This document shows positions 62,916 to 64,000 of a DNA stretch of 64,000 bases, piece after piece. Origin of the DNA: Octopus vulgaris (taxonomy: Eukaryota); the NCBI GenBank assembly GCA_951406725.2, contig OX597815.1, positions 180,234,001 through 180,298,000 of the forward strand, in the 5' to 3' direction. The position numbers and the translations under genes are program-made. The notes below the pieces were generated by a model that had not been told where the DNA came from, did no database searches, and was given only the letters and a program-made list of their open reading frames with translations. The first letter of the stretch is position 1; each line of letters opens with the position of its first letter.

Positions 62916-63218
62916 TCATTGTCATTTAATGTCTGCTTTTCTGCGCTAGCATTGGTCAGATGGTTCAATAGGAGCTAGCAAGCTAGAGACCTGCACCAGG
63001 CACCAATTGTCTGTTTTTGGCCTGGTTTCTACAGCTCAATGCCCTTCTTGATGCCCTTCCTAACACCAAACACTTTACAGAGTGTGCTGAGTGCTTTGTA
63101 TGTGGCACCAGCACCAACAGTGTCACCAGGTATCTTGCAAGATGAAAACCCCTCAACTGGGAGGAAGGAGTAGTATTAGGTAGGAGTGATGACTTAGTGC
63201 CAGTTTATGAGAGATTAA

Positions 63219-63439
63219 CCCTTTAGCATTCAGATTACTCGCTCAAATGTAATCCATATTTATTCACATTGTTTTGAATTAATCATGTATGATCTCAAAG
63301 CTTCACAATTTTGATAATGTAAATGTTTTAGTTTCAGAATGGCATTGTAGGGTAAATGTGAGAGGCTGCATCTGGTCAGTCTGAACAAAAAAGAGGTAGA
63401 ATATTTGGGCCAGATATGGCCAGTTTAAATGCTAAAGGG
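63219..63439. mobile_element. piggyBac-type MITE (second family)
   Basis: TTAA-CCCTTTAGCATT...AATGCTAAAGGG-TCAA. Confidence 0.82.
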
Positions 63440-64000
63440 TCAAAGGTATAGAGGGACAGAGATATGTGTCTTGCTGTAGAGTAGGTACATGGGTACCTAG
63501 CTGAAAAAAAAAGGGGGAGTGAGTTAGATAAAAACTGGGATAGATAAAATTATTTCTTTCCCTAACATTTTGGTTTTGTATTTAAGTAAGAAATAATTTT
63601 GCTTTATTTTTAACTTAAACTCCCAACAAACTAATTCTACAATTTTAACACCCTCTGTCATAGCTTTTCCCCTTATTCCAATAATATTTTTCAGTTTACT
63701 TGGTGACGCTGTCAGTGCTGACGTCATCTGAAAAGTACCCAGTACACTTTGTAAAGTGGTTGGCATTAGGAAGGGCATCCAGATGTAAAAAAAAAAAAAA
63801 AAAAATTGCCTACCCATACCAGCATAGCAAACGGATGCTAAATAATGATGAATATTATTGCCATTCATTTAATCTTTGTGTTCAAATCTTACTAACGGTG
63901 ATTTTACTTTCATCGTTCTTGGGTGACAAATACCAGTGAAACACCAAGCCAAGTAAGTCGACACTGCCTTCTCCTTCAAGACAATGTCTATCTGCCAATA

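Overview
AT-rich, microsatellite-rich animal DNA made almost entirely of transposable elements. The SINE and RTE families and the (ATG)n/(AAT)n/(TACA)n tails resemble coleoid cephalopod (octopus-type) repeats; this assignment is inference. No confident host protein-coding gene was found, and most listed ORFs are microsatellite or repeat artefacts. Recognisable elements: three tRNA-headed SINE families; two 5'-truncated RTE LINEs with a PHD-like finger inside the RT, one with a 6-unit tandem amplification of its 3' end; many RTE 3'-tail fragments; R4/Dong-like RLE fragments in (AAT)n tracts; a Gypsy gag-protease remnant with LTR; a DD37D (maT) transposase remnant; piggyBac, hAT and Tc1/pogo MITEs; and a U6 pseudogene fused to a SINE. 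The main unannotated signal is a set of self-cleaving-ribozyme motifs in retroelement ends. (1) A Penelope-linked unit (tRNA-like Pol III head, (AAT)n, minimal type I hammerhead) occurs as five head-to-head inverted pairs. (2) At least three other hammerhead families are present, one with a swapped G3-C8 core pair. (3) An HDV-like fold lies at the 5' end of a non-autonomous RTE-like element. All folds were paired by eye, not computed or tested, and repeat boundaries are approximate.
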